Notes: generated from the sequence alone by a model not told the origin. 64,000 nucleotides of DNA from Elainellaceae cyanobacterium (GCA_049647405.1 JBARXP010000084.1:8252-72251), one strand, 5' to 3'. Positions 42,169 through 53,600 are shown, counted from the stretch's first letter. Program-made: numbers and translations.

Positions 42169-44283
42169 ATGACTGTTACGTCTTCTGCACAATTTTTATC
42201 ATCAGCTCCGGTGTCGTTTCCCCTTGCCGCTGTCGTGGGTCAAGAGGCGATTAAGCTGGCGCTGCTGCTGTCAGCCGTTGACCCCAGGCTGGGGGGGGTG
42301 ATTATTTCGGGACGGAGGGGCACGGCAAAATCTGTGATGGCTCGTGCCATCCACGCCTTGCTGCCTCCGATCGAGGTGATTCAAAAGACGTGCTGCAACT
42401 GTGACCCGACTCGTCCTGATGAATGGGATGACGATACCTTCGTGCGGGCTCAGACGGCACTGGACGATCAGCCACACCGCGCTGATGAGATGCCAGAAGA
42501 CTTTGTTTCCGACTTGCTACCCACCGAAGTTATTCCAGCGCCGTTTGTCCAAGTGCCCCTTGGGGTGACGGAAGATCGACTGCTGGGGTCAGTAGACGTA
42601 ACTCAGTCGGTGACCCAGGGAGAGACGGTTTTTCAGCCCGGATTGCTGGCCGAGGCTCATCGAGGCGTGTTGTATGTGGATGAGATTAATCTGCTAGATG
42701 ACCAAATTTCGAATCTGCTGCTGTCTATCGCCAGCGAAGGCCGCAACCAGATTGAGCGGGAAGGCATTAGCTTTCAGCATCCCTGCAAACCAATTTTGAT
42801 TGCCACGTTCAACCCCGAAGAAGGAGACTTGCGGCCCCATGTGCTTGACCGACTGGCGATCGCCCTTTCTGCCGATCAGGTTCTTGGGCTAGACCAGCGG
42901 GTGCAGGCCGTTGAGCAAGCCACCACCTATGCAGAATCTCCAACGGCTTTCTTGCAGCAGTATGAAGAAGACATCGACAGCATCAAAACGCAGGTGATTC
43001 TGGCGCGTGAGTGGCTCAAAGATGTTGAGATTTCTCGTGATCAGGTGCAGTATCTGGTTAGTGAAGCGTTGCGTGGTGGAGTCCAGGGGCATCGAGCCGA
43101 ACTGTTTGCCGTGCGGGTCGCCAAAGCCCATGCGGCCCTCGATGGCCGCACCCAGGTGAATGCAGAAGATTTGCGCCGAGCGGTTGAGCTGGTGATTGTG
43201 CCCCGCACCACCGTGGTACAGACGCCGCCTGACGAGGATCAGCAGCAACAACCGCCACCGCCGCCGCCGCCAGAATCTCAAGATCAAGACGAGTCGGAGC
43301 AAGAGCAAGACAGTCAGGACGAGCAAGAAGAAGACGAGCAAGAAGAACAGGACGCTGAAGAACAGCCCGACAACCAGCCCGAAATTCCGGAAGAATTTGT
43401 CTTTGACCCAGAAGGCGTGATTTTAGACGACTCAGTACTCTTCTTTGCCCAGATGGCTCAGCAGCGCCAGGGGCGATCGGGTTCTCGCGGCGTTACCCTA
43501 TCGGAGGAACGAGGTCGCTACATTCGCCCGATCTTTCCTCGGGGTCAGGTGCGCCGCATTGCGGTAGACGCAACCCTCAGAGCCGCTGCCCCCTATCAAA
43601 AATCGCGTCGCCTGCGCCATCCAGGCCGCACCGTCATTGTCGAGACTCCCGATATTCGCGCGAAGCAGTTGGCCCGCAAGTCAGGAGCCCTGATCATTTT
43701 TGTGGTAGATGCTTCGGGCTCGATGGCGCTAAACCGAATGCAGGCAGCCAAGGGAGCCGTGCTGCGGCTGTTGACAGAAGCGTACCAAAACCGCGATCAG
43801 ATTGCGCTGATTCCGTTTCGGGGAGAGCAAGCCGAGGTGCTGCTGCCTCCAACTCGCTCGATTTCAGCCGCGAGTCGGCGTTTGGAGCAAATGCCCTGTG
43901 GTGGCGGTTCCCCCCTCTCTCACGGATTAACTCAGGCCGTTCGGGTGGGCATGAATGCCCAGAAGTCGGGCGATGTCGGTCAAGTCGTCATTGTGGCGAT
44001 TACCGATGGACGAGGGAATATCCCCCTAGCGCGATCGCTCGGCGAGTCGATTCCAGAAGGCGAAAAGCCCGACATCAAAGCCGAACTGTTAGAGATTGCC
44101 GGAAAGCTGCGGTTCACAGGGTTTGAATTTCTCATCATTGATACCGAGCGCAAGTTTGTCTCCACGGGGTTTGCCAAAGAGTTGGCGAAGCAAGCGGGCG
44201 GCAAATATTATCATCTGCCCAAAGCCACGGATCAGGCGATCGCCGCTATGGCAAAAGGGGCGATCGCCGATGTGAAGGGCTAG
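42169..44283 (+). CDS. chlD: Magnesium chelatase subunit D
   Basis: AAA+-like N-domain, an acidic/Pro-Gln-rich linker ([24 protein letters not shown]...) and a C-terminal vWA domain with the MIDAS motif DASGSM. Confidence 0.9.
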   Translation: MTVTSSAQFLSSAPVSFPLAAVVGQEAIKLALLLSAVDPRLGGVIISGRRGTAKSVMARAIHALLPPIEVIQKTCCNCDPTRPDEWDDDTFVRAQTALDDQPHRADEMPEDFVSDLLPTEVIPAPFVQVPLGVTEDRLLGSVDVTQSVTQGETVFQPGLLAEAHRGVLYVDEINLLDDQISNLLLSIASEGRNQIEREGISFQHPCKPILIATFNPEEGDLRPHVLDRLAIALSADQVLGLDQRVQAVEQATTYAESPTAFLQQYEEDIDSIKTQVILAREWLKDVEISRDQVQYLVSEALRGGVQGHRAELFAVRVAKAHAALDGRTQVNAEDLRRAVELVIVPRTTVVQTPPDEDQQQQPPPPPPPESQDQDESEQEQDSQDEQEEDEQEEQDAEEQPDNQPEIPEEFVFDPEGVILDDSVLFFAQMAQQRQGRSGSRGVTLSEERGRYIRPIFPRGQVRRIAVDATLRAAAPYQKSRRLRHPGRTVIVETPDIRAKQLARKSGALIIFVVDASGSMALNRMQAAKGAVLRLLTEAYQNRDQIALIPFRGEQAEVLLPPTRSISAASRRLEQMPCGGGSPLSHGLTQAVRVGMNAQKSGDVGQVVIVAITDGRGNIPLARSLGESIPEGEKPDIKAELLEIAGKLRFTGFEFLIIDTERKFVSTGFAKELAKQAGGKYYHLPKATDQAIAAMAKGAIADVKG

Positions 44284-44418
44284 GCATTTCTGCGTGATGC
44301 TTTTGACTGAACGTATGGCAGATTACAACGAACGAGCCTCTTTTCTCTGATGCTAGAGTTCAATCACCGTGCAATTTCACTGTGAAGTTTCACCGCGCAA
44401 TTTGAGAGGTTCTTCATC

Positions 44419-45288
44419 TTGGCTCAGTCCACTCTGAATACTCCCGTCGCCGAAATCAAACCCTTATCGGCTGAAAATCGCTACCTCAAACCCTCTGTAT
44501 TTTGGAGCATTCGGCAGGGGTTTCCTCGCTGGTTGGCGCTGCTGATCTCGGCGATCGCCCTAGCGATTCCGCTGACGGCATGGGCGGTGATCAGCTATGC
44601 GGGTTGGGTTCCCGAATTGTTTCTGCCGACTCCGACGGCGGTGATTCGGTCAGGCATCAACTTGTTTTTTGAGGAGCAGTTGATTGTCGATGTATGGGCC
44701 AGTTGTGGGCGAGTGGCGGCAGGCTTCATTATTGCGGCGTTTGTTGGCGTTCCTGTGGGGATTGCCATGGGCACGTTTTACAGCATGGAGAGCCTGTTTG
44801 CACCCATTGTCGGCACGGTGCGATATATGCCCGTCGTTGCTTTTGTGCCGCTCATCGTTATCTGGGTCGGCTTGGGAGAGCCATCGAAAGCCCTGATTAT
44901 TTTTCTGGGTGTGGTGCTCTACAACGCCATGATGGTCGCGGATGCGGTCAAGTTTATTCCCGGTGAGATGATTAATGTGGCCTATACCTTGGGCGCTTCT
45001 CGTCGCGATGTGTTGTTTAAGGTGATTGTGCCTGCGGTATTTCCAAGCGTGCTCGATACCCTGCGGGTCAATATTTCGGGTGCGTGGAACTATCTTGTGA
45101 TTGCTGAACTAGTAGCGGCTCAAAACGGTTTAGGATTTACGATCGTGCAGGCTCAGCGATTTCTCCAAACTGAAAAAGTGCTGTTTTGCATTGCGCTGAT
45201 TGGCTTGATTGGTCTAACCATTGACTACACGCTAAAGTGGCTCTCTAGATTGTTAACTCCTTGGGCTGATCAGACTCGGCATATCTAG
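44419..45288 (+). CDS. ABC transporter permease, NitT/TauT (NrtB/CmpB/SsuC-like) family, with no adjacent ATPase or binding protein
   Basis: 289-aa polytopic ORF paralogous to nrtB in this window (shared blocks such as S.GRV..GF..A..VGVP.G..MG). TTG start with GAGAGG upstream. Confidence 0.75.
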   Translation: MAQSTLNTPVAEIKPLSAENRYLKPSVFWSIRQGFPRWLALLISAIALAIPLTAWAVISYAGWVPELFLPTPTAVIRSGINLFFEEQLIVDVWASCGRVAAGFIIAAFVGVPVGIAMGTFYSMESLFAPIVGTVRYMPVVAFVPLIVIWVGLGEPSKALIIFLGVVLYNAMMVADAVKFIPGEMINVAYTLGASRRDVLFKVIVPAVFPSVLDTLRVNISGAWNYLVIAELVAAQNGLGFTIVQAQRFLQTEKVLFCIALIGLIGLTIDYTLKWLSRLLTPWADQTRHI

Positions 45289-45370
45289 CTGAGCCGTCTC
45301 CGTTGAGGCTTGTCTATTGCTTTCTCACGGATTTTGATAGCGCTACGCGCTGATGGAAAACCAATATTTT

Positions 45371-45401
45371 TTAGGAAGCCGCGCACCACACGGCTTCCTA
45401 A
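45371..45401. terminator. Perfect 11-bp-stem hairpin downstream of the permease gene (no clear U-tract)
   Basis: ttaggaagccg-cgcaccaca-cggcttcctaa. Confidence 0.35.
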
Positions 45402-45585
45402 AGAATATCTGCCCTAACCTATCTACGCATTGCTATAACTAAATATTTTATAGTAGAAAAATAGCCTGCGGCCAAAAGGTCAACAGACTGTTTTGTGTTC
45501 TTTGTGCTGACAGGCCGTTGACAGACCGTCAGCACTTAGCCTCATTTTCAGTCAGTATTTAGCCCCTACGATCTCTGAAAATCTT

Positions 45586-46200
45586 ATGAAATTTAAGCCA
45601 AACTTAAAAACGACGGCGCTCATTGTGATAGATATGCAAGCCGGAATATTTACCGGACACGACACGCTTGTGATTGTGGGTGCAGATGCTATTTTGCCAA
45701 AAGCTCAGAAGGTTCTCGCAGCCGCGCGTGCTGCAAAAATGCCTATCATTCACACCAAAGAAGTGCATCGCAAAGAAATGGTCGATTTTGGCCGAGAGCT
45801 TGATGGAGTCGAGCCGATTCATTGTCTTGAAACATGGCCCGGTACCGATTTTTGCCCAGATTTGGCTCCTATTGATGGCGAATTTGCGATCGCCAAACGT
45901 CGTTATAGCTGCTTCTTTGGCACTGATTTAGAAATTCTTCTGCGTGGCCTCAAGGTTGATACGCTCGTTTTGCTGGGCACGATGACCAATGTCTGTGTCC
46001 ACTACACGGCGGTCGATGCCCATCAGCGTGACTATCACTTTCATGTAATAGAAGATTGCTGCGCGGGGTCAGACTGGGATGCCCACGGGGCTGCCCTAAA
46101 TGCGATGGAATATTTGCAAAGTGGTGCGCGAATGACACATCTCGATTTTATTGCAGGGGTAAATAAATCTGCATCTGATGTGCAGGCAATGGCACGGTGA
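45586..46200 (+). CDS. Isochorismatase-family cysteine hydrolase
   Basis: ALIVIDMQ (catalytic Asp region), a conserved Lys region, and TLVLLGTMTNVCVHYTAVDA (catalytic Cys). Confidence 0.8.
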   Translation: MKFKPNLKTTALIVIDMQAGIFTGHDTLVIVGADAILPKAQKVLAAARAAKMPIIHTKEVHRKEMVDFGRELDGVEPIHCLETWPGTDFCPDLAPIDGEFAIAKRRYSCFFGTDLEILLRGLKVDTLVLLGTMTNVCVHYTAVDAHQRDYHFHVIEDCCAGSDWDAHGAALNAMEYLQSGARMTHLDFIAGVNKSASDVQAMAR

Positions 46201-46419
46201 GAGGGTTTGTGAATGGTCTTGAATGAACGTTTTGTTCAAAACCCACCAGCTCAGATTCGAATCTTATTGACACGCCTCTCTCACATCTCTCTATATAGAT
46301 AAGATTGCCAGATAAGATTGCCGTTACATCTGTTGTCATCTGAACGTAGACTAAAGTATCGAATCGTGTTTTGTTTGAGCACGATCGACTTTTGTTTGTT
46401 ATCGTTCGTGGCGAATCCA

Positions 46420-47013
46420 ATGGCATCCGATCGTGATAATACTCGTCGTGCTGCGGCTCAAGGACAAGCTGAGTCGCCAGAGTTGCAGTCTTCCGAACTT
46501 CAAATTTCGGAAAACGTGACGTTTGAACAGGCGATCGCCCTCACTCAAGCTTGGCTCGATCGGGTTGAGCAGACTCAGCTATCCCCCGATCAGACAGAAA
46601 GGGCGATCGCCCAGCTCATCGCCACAATGAACGGTGCTCGGGGATTTTTCGTGGCGTTTCTGACAGATAAGCGCCCGTTAGATGACCGATCGTCTGATGC
46701 GGTGCTGAGAGCTTTATCTCAGCCATCAGCGATGATTGCGAGCCTGTTAGTTAAAAATCTAGCGATGTCTTCAGCGATGGCGATCGCTCATCAACGTCGA
46801 GAAGATGAAGCAAATGCCCAAGGATCAGAGCGGGTGCGATCGCGCACGCTAGATTTAATCCAAAATCTATCTTCTCCAGTCATTCAAACTGAAATTGAGG
46901 CATTGAAACAGAGTCTGGAAAGCAACGAAGGCACATATCATTCTTTTTTGACTCGTTGGGGTTACGATGCAGAACAGCGACAAGCGATAGACGCAGCTTG
47001 TGATTGTTTGTAG
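46420..47013 (+). CDS. Hypothetical protein
   Basis: ORF in the 231-aa track entry. I prefer the ATG at 46420 (MASDRDNTRR...), which gives 197 aa. The sequence is helical and acidic, and I recognise no family. Confidence 0.5.
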   Translation: MASDRDNTRRAAAQGQAESPELQSSELQISENVTFEQAIALTQAWLDRVEQTQLSPDQTERAIAQLIATMNGARGFFVAFLTDKRPLDDRSSDAVLRALSQPSAMIASLLVKNLAMSSAMAIAHQRREDEANAQGSERVRSRTLDLIQNLSSPVIQTEIEALKQSLESNEGTYHSFLTRWGYDAEQRQAIDAACDCL

Positions 47014-47436
47014 GCGGTTATCGAGGTTCTCACTCTTAAGAAGGCATTCAATCACTACCCTTGGTGAGTCATTGAATCATTTTGGTCTGGAGACCAGATC
47101 TGATGTTGCCGTCAGCAGGTTTTTCAGAGAATAGTGTTTGTCTAAGTGAAGCTCTATCAGGTGACATCAGCGATCATCTCTTCAGTCACATGCCTTGCTT
47201 TGTATGGCATACAAAGTAGCACCCCCAACTTATCTGTGCTGTTTAAGTCGCTCAGCATCATTAACAAAGCAGTTCTTAAATCCTATGTCGCAGGGCAGCG
47301 AGTCGCTCAGGATTGAGGGGCTTTATCTTCAATTGTGTTCCCTTACTTCACTCCTTAGCTTCATTCAAGACGAGTTGCGGAAAGGATGTAAGTAAGCATA
47401 AGCTATATCAGCGTCGAGTCTCTTCATTTAGAAATA

Positions 47437-47470
47437 TCCTAAAAGCGGTCAAGTCCTAAAAGCGGTCAAG
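47437..47470. repeat. Perfect 17-bp tandem duplication (tcctaaaagcggtcaag x2)
   Basis: 47437-47453 equals 47454-47470. Confidence 0.8.
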
Positions 47471-48024
47471 ATAATCGATGATATCGTGGCGATCGCTCTT
47501 ATCAGGCTAACCCAGATATTTTAGGTCTTCTTACGTCAGCTTCATTTTTCTAGTGAGTTGGGCTGAAGCTTTTGGCCTGAATCGTTACGGTATGTTGTTA
47601 CAGTGCGTTGTTCCTGTGAGTTGTTACAGACAGTGAATGGAGTGTTCAATCCCTTGATGTTGAAACCGTTGGGCTCATGTTGATAGGTTTTACATCTTTT
47701 CTTTGGATTCTACTTGGGCACGGCTTGAGTCATCGGTGATTTTTCATGAATCAGAGTAGGAAAGCAACAGCTGAATTTTAATCAGGGCTTTGTTCCTCAT
47801 AAAAAGGGAAGGTATCATTTTGAACTGTCTTCGAAGCTTCTCCAAAATAATTGCTAAGATTAGCAAGAACTTAATATAAATTGGCGTGAAATTATTAGAC
47901 TAACCAGGGTAATATGGAATCACCTGACATCAGCCTATATATTTTCTTAGCATTGTAGGCTCTATCGAAGGCACGTAATGCATAGGTTGTTTTTCTGTTG
48001 ATTGTTGACTCAGACATTAATTAA

Positions 48025-48402
48025 ATGGGTAAGAAGAAAATAGAGCCGCTGATCGGTGAGGAACTGCTCACTAAAGTCAAAGACCTTGGCAGCATGACCA
48101 AGGAAGATAAAGCCAAAGCGTGCGGTTATTACACCGTTACGAAGAAAGGTGTGGAACGCGTCAACATGATGAAGTTCCTGAATGCCCTAATTGATGCAGA
48201 AGGGATTGAGCTTGACGGCAAGCAAAGTAAAAATGGACGAGGCGGTCGTAGTGCAAGCTATCGTATTACGGTTCAATCTAACGGAAACTTGTTGATTGGC
48301 TCTGCTTATACAAAACAAATGGATTTGCGACCTGGAGATGAGTTTGAAATTGCTTTAGGCCGTAAACATATTCATCTAAAGCAAGTTGACGCTGAAGAGT
48401 AG
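48025..48402 (+). CDS. Cyanobacterial AbrB-family transcriptional regulator (cyAbrB/CalA-like)
   Basis: 125 aa. A conserved cyAbrB N-terminal region (LTKVKDLG...KAKACGYY) and a C-terminal SpoVT/AbrB swapped-hairpin domain (YRITVQSNGNLLIGSAYTKQMDLRPGDEFEI). Confidence 0.8.
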   Translation: MGKKKIEPLIGEELLTKVKDLGSMTKEDKAKACGYYTVTKKGVERVNMMKFLNALIDAEGIELDGKQSKNGRGGRSASYRITVQSNGNLLIGSAYTKQMDLRPGDEFEIALGRKHIHLKQVDAEE

Positions 48403-48613
48403 TGGTTAGGCTTGCTCTGAGTCTTAACGCTGAGATGTTGTAGGTTGTGCTGCTTCAACTGGTGCAATCTTAGTTTTGTGAAGTAGGAAGGCGTTATTCG
48501 TCTGAGCGACTACTGTAGGCCATTTTTTGAGAATGAATGCGCATAGCCCTTGACCCTAGCTTTTAGGACAAATGAAAGTTGGGGCCAAGGGTTATTGTTT
48601 GCGGATTCAATGC

Positions 48614-48675
48614 GAGTGTGAGAGCGACATAGACCATCACGTGGATAGTCGTGTGGAAAGGTTGCTCTCACACTC
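48614..48675. terminator. Long hairpin (perfect 12-bp stem, structured loop) in the convergent spacer after cyAbrB
   Basis: gagtgtgagagc (48614-48625) pairs with gctctcacactc (48664-48675). An inner hairpin ccatcacg/cgtgtgg is present. Confidence 0.4.
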
Positions 48676-48737
48676 ACTCAAATCAGGGATTAGGCTTCGC
48701 TTCTTCCGGCTGTGGTGAATTAGCGATCGGGTGCTGT

Positions 48738-48775
48738 TATCAACCAATCCTATTTATATCAACCAATCCTATTTA
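48738..48775. repeat. Perfect 19-bp tandem duplication (tatcaaccaatcctattta x2) overlapping the 3' end of the next gene
   Basis: 48738-48756 equals 48757-48775. Confidence 0.8.
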
Positions 48776-49224
48776 GAGGAGTCATCTCCCTGTCTAGATT
48801 GCGTGATGATATCCCAGGCAACTTGTGCTGCTTCGGAGAGGCGATCGCCAAATTCAGTCACATCTTTCACAACAGACTGCACATTCTTTTCAGTTTCTTG
48901 TTGTATTGATTGCCAGTTTTTTTCAGCCTCTTGTTGAACTGATTCAAAGGATTGTTCAATCTGCTCCGGGTCGAAGAGCTTGTTTTTCTCAACGGTTTCT
49001 CGAAGCTGGCGGATGGCGTTGAGATAGGTCTCGCGGGTAAAGTTTCCAGCGGATTCAGCATCCATTTGTGCCCGCATTCGAATTGCATCGACGAGAGCCT
49101 GAGTCTCCTGACGCATTGTTTCGCTGTCTGAAAAGTTGCCAGATTCGACGATTTGATCGGTGTCGGGGTTAACTTCAACAGGGGTTGGAGTTTCGGGAGT
49201 GTTAGGCTCTGTAGACATCGTCAA
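48769..49224 (-). CDS. Hypothetical acidic coiled-coil protein with internal repeat
   Basis: 151 aa with AGGAGG upstream of the ATG and an internal repeat QQEAEKNWQSIQQETEKNVQSV. I recognise no family. Confidence 0.55.
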   Translation of the reverse strand: MTMSTEPNTPETPTPVEVNPDTDQIVESGNFSDSETMRQETQALVDAIRMRAQMDAESAGNFTRETYLNAIRQLRETVEKNKLFDPEQIEQSFESVQQEAEKNWQSIQQETEKNVQSVVKDVTEFGDRLSEAAQVAWDIITQSRQGDDSSK

Positions 49225-49364
49225 GACCTCCTAAGATGGCAGAGAATGAGCAGTTTTGGTCATTAAAGAATTTAAGACCACTGACCACTTTATGGGCTAT
49301 ATCGATTAGCCTATCGCGATCGCCCCAAAATCGTCAGCAGATTCTGAGATTAGTTTCTTCTGAT

Positions 49365-49625
49365 CTATCTGGGGATGCATCCCCCCTTTGCCCCAGCACG
49401 GTGCGGGTGGGCGCGCACGATCGTCGAATCAATCATGGCGTATTCACGATCTGGGTCATGAGCAAGGGCTTCAAACACCCGAGGCCAGCCCCTGTTTTGC
49501 ACCATCGCAGGAACCGGGTGTGAATTTTGCGGTAGTGGCCCAAGCGTTCGGGCGAATCTCGCCACAGAATGACCTGATGGACAATGGTGTAGCGCTTGAA
49601 ACCCTGAGTCCTCGATTTTTAACAA
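49365..49625 (-). pseudogene. Remnant of an IS5-family (DUF4096 + DDE) transposase gene
   Basis: The translation contains RVFEALAHDPDREYAMIDSTIVRAHPHRAGAKGG, the junction region typical of IS5-type transposases. The upstream part is degenerate and the ORF stops right after AKGG, so the catalytic domain is missing. Confidence 0.65.
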
Positions 49626-49678
49626 TATTCACCGACTTATCTCTCCGGTTATGCGTCGTTTCTTATCTGTCATTTCTC

Positions 49679-50227
49679 ATGAGTCATTACTGTGAAAGTG
49701 CTCCGGGTCATCCTTTCCACGGCCCTTATCACAACGGTGAATATGGGTTTCCTGTGTCAGACGATAATGTGCTGTTTGAGCGTTTGGTCTTAGAAATTAA
49801 CCAGGCAGGGCTCTCTTGGCTGACCATCCTCAAAAAACGAGACGGGTTCCGTGACGCTTATCATCAGTTTGATATTGCAACCGTGGCGAGCTACGGAGAA
49901 AGCGATCGCCACCGCCTATTGAGCGATGCCCGCATTATTCGTAATCGACTCAAGGTTGATGCGGCGATCGCCAACGCCCAGCAGATCCTCAAGATTCAAC
50001 AGAGTTCAGGCAGCTTTGCCGATTGGCTCGACAACCACCATCCCAAAAGTAAAGCTGACTGGGTCAAGCTGTTTAAGCAACACTTTCGGTTTGTGGGTGG
50101 TGAAATTGTAGGTGAGTTTTTAATGAGCATGGGGTATCTGCCGGGGGCTCATTTAGAATCATGTCCAGTTTATGAAGCAGTTGCGGCTCTTAATCCCCCT
50201 TGGATGCAGTGTGAGCCTCGGTTCTAA
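49679..50227 (+). CDS. tag: DNA-3-methyladenine glycosylase I
   Basis: YHNGEYGFPVSDDNVLFERLVLEINQAGLSWLTILKKRDGFRDAYHQFD matches the Tag core. The true start is the ATG at 49679 (MSHYCES...). The first 97 codons of the 279-aa track ORF are antisense to the transposase remnant. Confidence 0.85.
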   Translation: MSHYCESAPGHPFHGPYHNGEYGFPVSDDNVLFERLVLEINQAGLSWLTILKKRDGFRDAYHQFDIATVASYGESDRHRLLSDARIIRNRLKVDAAIANAQQILKIQQSSGSFADWLDNHHPKSKADWVKLFKQHFRFVGGEIVGEFLMSMGYLPGAHLESCPVYEAVAALNPPWMQCEPRF

Positions 50228-50243
50228 CCATCGAGAATCGAAA

Positions 50244-50582
50244 TCAGGCGAGACGCGCACCGTTAGGCACATCGCCATCTGGTACAGCCAAAACAACGGC
50301 TCCATCGTCTCGGTGAAACCCAGTCACGAGGCACTCAGACATAAAAGGGCCAATCTGTTTAGGTGGAAAATTCACAACGGCCATCACACGTTTGCCCAGC
50401 AAACTTTCTTTTGTATACAAATCAGTAATTTGGGCACTCGATTTTTTGATTCCAATGGCTTCGCCAAAATCGATCTTGAGTTTAAATGCAGGTTTACGAG
50501 CTTCAGGAAAATCTTCTACTGCAATAATGGTGCCAAGCCTCAGCTCAACGTTTTGAAAATCTGCCCATTCTATCTGATTCAT
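50244..50582 (-). CDS. tRNA-binding (EMAP/CsaA-like) domain protein
   Basis: [28 protein letters not shown]....K.SSAQIT is the CsaA/Trbp111 OB-fold signature. Confidence 0.8.
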   Translation of the reverse strand: MNQIEWADFQNVELRLGTIIAVEDFPEARKPAFKLKIDFGEAIGIKKSSAQITDLYTKESLLGKRVMAVVNFPPKQIGPFMSECLVTGFHRDDGAVVLAVPDGDVPNGARLA

Positions 50583-50642
50583 GCTGTCTGGTTCATACCG
50601 TCTGATTCATACCTAATGCACCTGCCTTAGAACGTATTATCG

Positions 50643-53600
50643 TTAAACATGTTCTAAGGCAGGTGAAGTCACGTGAGCAATAGACTGCCAAAGTTCGAGG
50701 GTAAACTCTGTTCCTTCTCCAAAAACAGAACGGCAGGATAAGTTTCCCTGGTGATTGCCTGTGATGATTTGATAACTAATAGATAGCCCCATTCCGGTTC
50801 CTAATCCGATCGGTTTTGTCGTAAAAAATGGATTAAAAATTCTAGCTTGAGTTTCTGGATTCATCCCCATTCCGTTGTCTCGAATCAGAATGATCGCTTT
50901 GTCTTCAGAGGAGGCCGTGGTGATCGTAATGCATCCTAAATGCTCAAAATTTCCTCGTGTATTGAGTTCTTCTTGGCGCTCTTCAATCGCATCAATCGCG
51001 TTTACCAATAGGTTCATGAAGACCTGGTTTAAAAGACTCGTGTAACACTCGATTGGAGGCAAATCACCATAATTTCGAACGACCTGAATTTCAGGATTCC
51101 CGGCACGCCCGTTGAGTCGGTTTTGCAGAATAACTAGAGTATCTTCAATGTTTTCATGAATATCAACGGCTTTGTAATCAGCCTGATCGAGCCGCGAGAA
51201 GGTGCGGAGTGATTTAACAATATTTCGAATGCGAACGGCTCCAGTTTCCATTGATTTGAGAAGCTTGGGAAAGTCTTCAAGAATGTAGGGTGTATCAGAC
51301 GCCTGCATCAAAGAGGCGATCGCCTCTGGAGGTTCTGGATAACTCTCTTGATAGAGATGTATGAGTTTGCTTAGGGTGCTAGCGTAGTCTACGGCGATCG
51401 CCAAGTTGCCATAGACAAAACTAATGGGGTTATTAATTTCGTGGGCAATGCCTGCGACGAGCTGCCCCAAGCTCGACATCTTTTCAGACTGAACTAGTTG
51501 AAGTTGGGCATCTTTTAGCTCTTGATACGATTGTTTAAGCTTCTTTGTCTTCGCCTTCGACTCTTCATAAAGCTGGGCTTGGTAAATGGCGATCGCCACC
51601 TGAGTTCCAATGCCTTTCAAAAGCTCAATTTCTTCATCTTGCCAAGCACGACGGGGAGAAATACGCCCGATTTGGAGACTACCTATTTTGCCACTGACCG
51701 TGTGGATGGGTAAGCAGAAGTAAGTCGCGATTCCCATCTGTTCAAGAAATAGCTGGAGTGAAGTGTCATCTAACGGATTGAGATGATCAATTTGATAGGA
51801 ATGATTGCTGAGAATATGCTCACATAATGTCGGGAACGTATCTAACGGGTAGCGGCCAAGCCAGCTTGGTAAATGGGATGCTTTTTGCTCTGTAACTACT
51901 TCTAAGACATCTGAACTGTCTGACTCTCGATACCAAGCAAAGAGACAAATATCTGCCGATAAATCAGCCGCGATCGCCCGAACGAGATTTTGCAGAATAA
52001 TGTCGAGGTTTAGAGAATCTCGCATTTCGGCACTGATGCGATTGAGCAACTGGGTTTGATGCAGCAAGCGGTGAATTTTAGCCTCTGCGCGTTTGCGTTC
52101 CGTAATGTCTCGAACAATGACCAGCACTTCCTCATCATTGATCGCAATCACACGCGTCTCTTCCGAGCGGACATCGCCCTCCACAGCAAGCTCATAGTCA
52201 TAAAACTGAACGTCGCGCGTTTGTAGGGCTTGCTGAACATAAAACATCCGCTGTTGAGCTTGTTCAAAGGGAAGAACATCGTAAATGTTGCCTCCTGCAC
52301 AGGTTTGGGCTGGGTTCAGCAGCTTCACCCCGTCTCCCGTCACAACATCGAGATAGGTGCCGTCTATACGGAGGCGAATCATCAAATCGGGAATCACCTC
52401 AACCAAGGCCCGGTAGCGGGCTTCTCGCTCACTCAGTTCAGCCGTACGCGCCTCAATCTTTGCCTCTAGATCTAGATTGAGGTGTTGCAGCTCTTGTTCA
52501 GCCTGTTTTCGATCGGTGACATCTCGAATAATGACCAACACCTCGTCGTCATTCAGAGGCGCAATGCGGACTTCTTCACACCGCAGATCTCCGTCATCGT
52601 CAAAGAGTTGTTCATAGAGCTGCACGCTGCCTGTCTCAATCGCCCGGTTTGCGTAATCTATCCGCTTGTCAGCCATATCTCGCGGCAAGACATCGTAAAT
52701 TCCAGGTTCAGTTACAGACTCTGATGGATATTTGACGTGAACTGTGCTGCCTCCTAGCATGAGGCTGTAGCGACCTTCGCGGTTCATTTGAATCAGGAGG
52801 TCGGGCAAGGTATCAATAATAATTCGATTGGTTTGCTCGCTCTGTCTGAGAGCCGCTTCGGCTTGCTTCCGATCGGTAATGTCGCGAATCATGAATAGAA
52901 CTTCGTCGTCACCGCTTTTGACAATGCGAACTTCTTCATCTTGAAGGCGATCGCCAATTTGGATGCGCTGCTCGTAGAGTTGCAGCTCGCCCGTGCGCAG
53001 AGCTTGCTCAGCGTGGTAGAGATGACGCTCTGCAATGTCGGCAGGCACAATGTCTGTCATCGATAGACCCACCGGACTGAAGGGGGCAGCAAAAAAGTCA
53101 ACCTCGCGGCTAGCCCTGACAATACGACGATAAACTCCATCGGCACCCAAACAAAACATATAGTCTGGAATTGCCGCTAAAATCGCTTGACTCTGGGCTT
53201 CGCTCTGCCGTAGAGCAAGTTCGGCCTGTTTGCGATCGCTGATGTCGCGCACCAGCAGCAGCGCTTCGTGATCTTTGTAAGGGACTACTCGAACTTCCTC
53301 AATTTGCACCCTGGTATCAGTGGAGAGATCGTGCTCGTAGACCTGCATCTCTCCTGTTTGTAAAGCTTGTTGGATGACCTCCAACCGTTTCTGAGCCGCC
53401 TCGGGAGGCAGGTCTTTGGAAACGTGACTTCCCACGAACTCCTTAAAATCGCCCAGGATATGGATGTTAGAGCTAGGTACGAATTCTAGACAAATCCCTT
53501 CACTATTTACACGCATCATCAGATCGGGTAAAGCACTGATCAGAGCACGTTGATGGGTTTCAGAGCGCTCTAATTCGTGTTCTGTTTGATCTCTTACTTC

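Noticed and set aside
42889-43341. 150-aa ORF antisense to the chlD linker region
   Set aside because: It is the mirror image of the low-complexity acidic linker (it gives an Arg/Leu-rich repeat) and has no independent support.
43230-43390. Gln/Pro/Glu/Asp low-complexity stretch in chlD, considered as an unusual insertion
   Set aside because: An acidic, proline-rich linker between the AAA+ and vWA domains is a normal feature of ChlD/BchD.
49388-49678. First 97 codons of the 279-aa ORF that contains tag
   Set aside because: This part is antisense to the transposase remnant and has no Tag similarity. The Tag homology starts at the ATG at 49679.
50172-50630. 152-aa ORF antisense to the csaA-like gene
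   Set aside because: The opposite strand encodes a clear tRNA-binding-domain protein, and this frame has no features.
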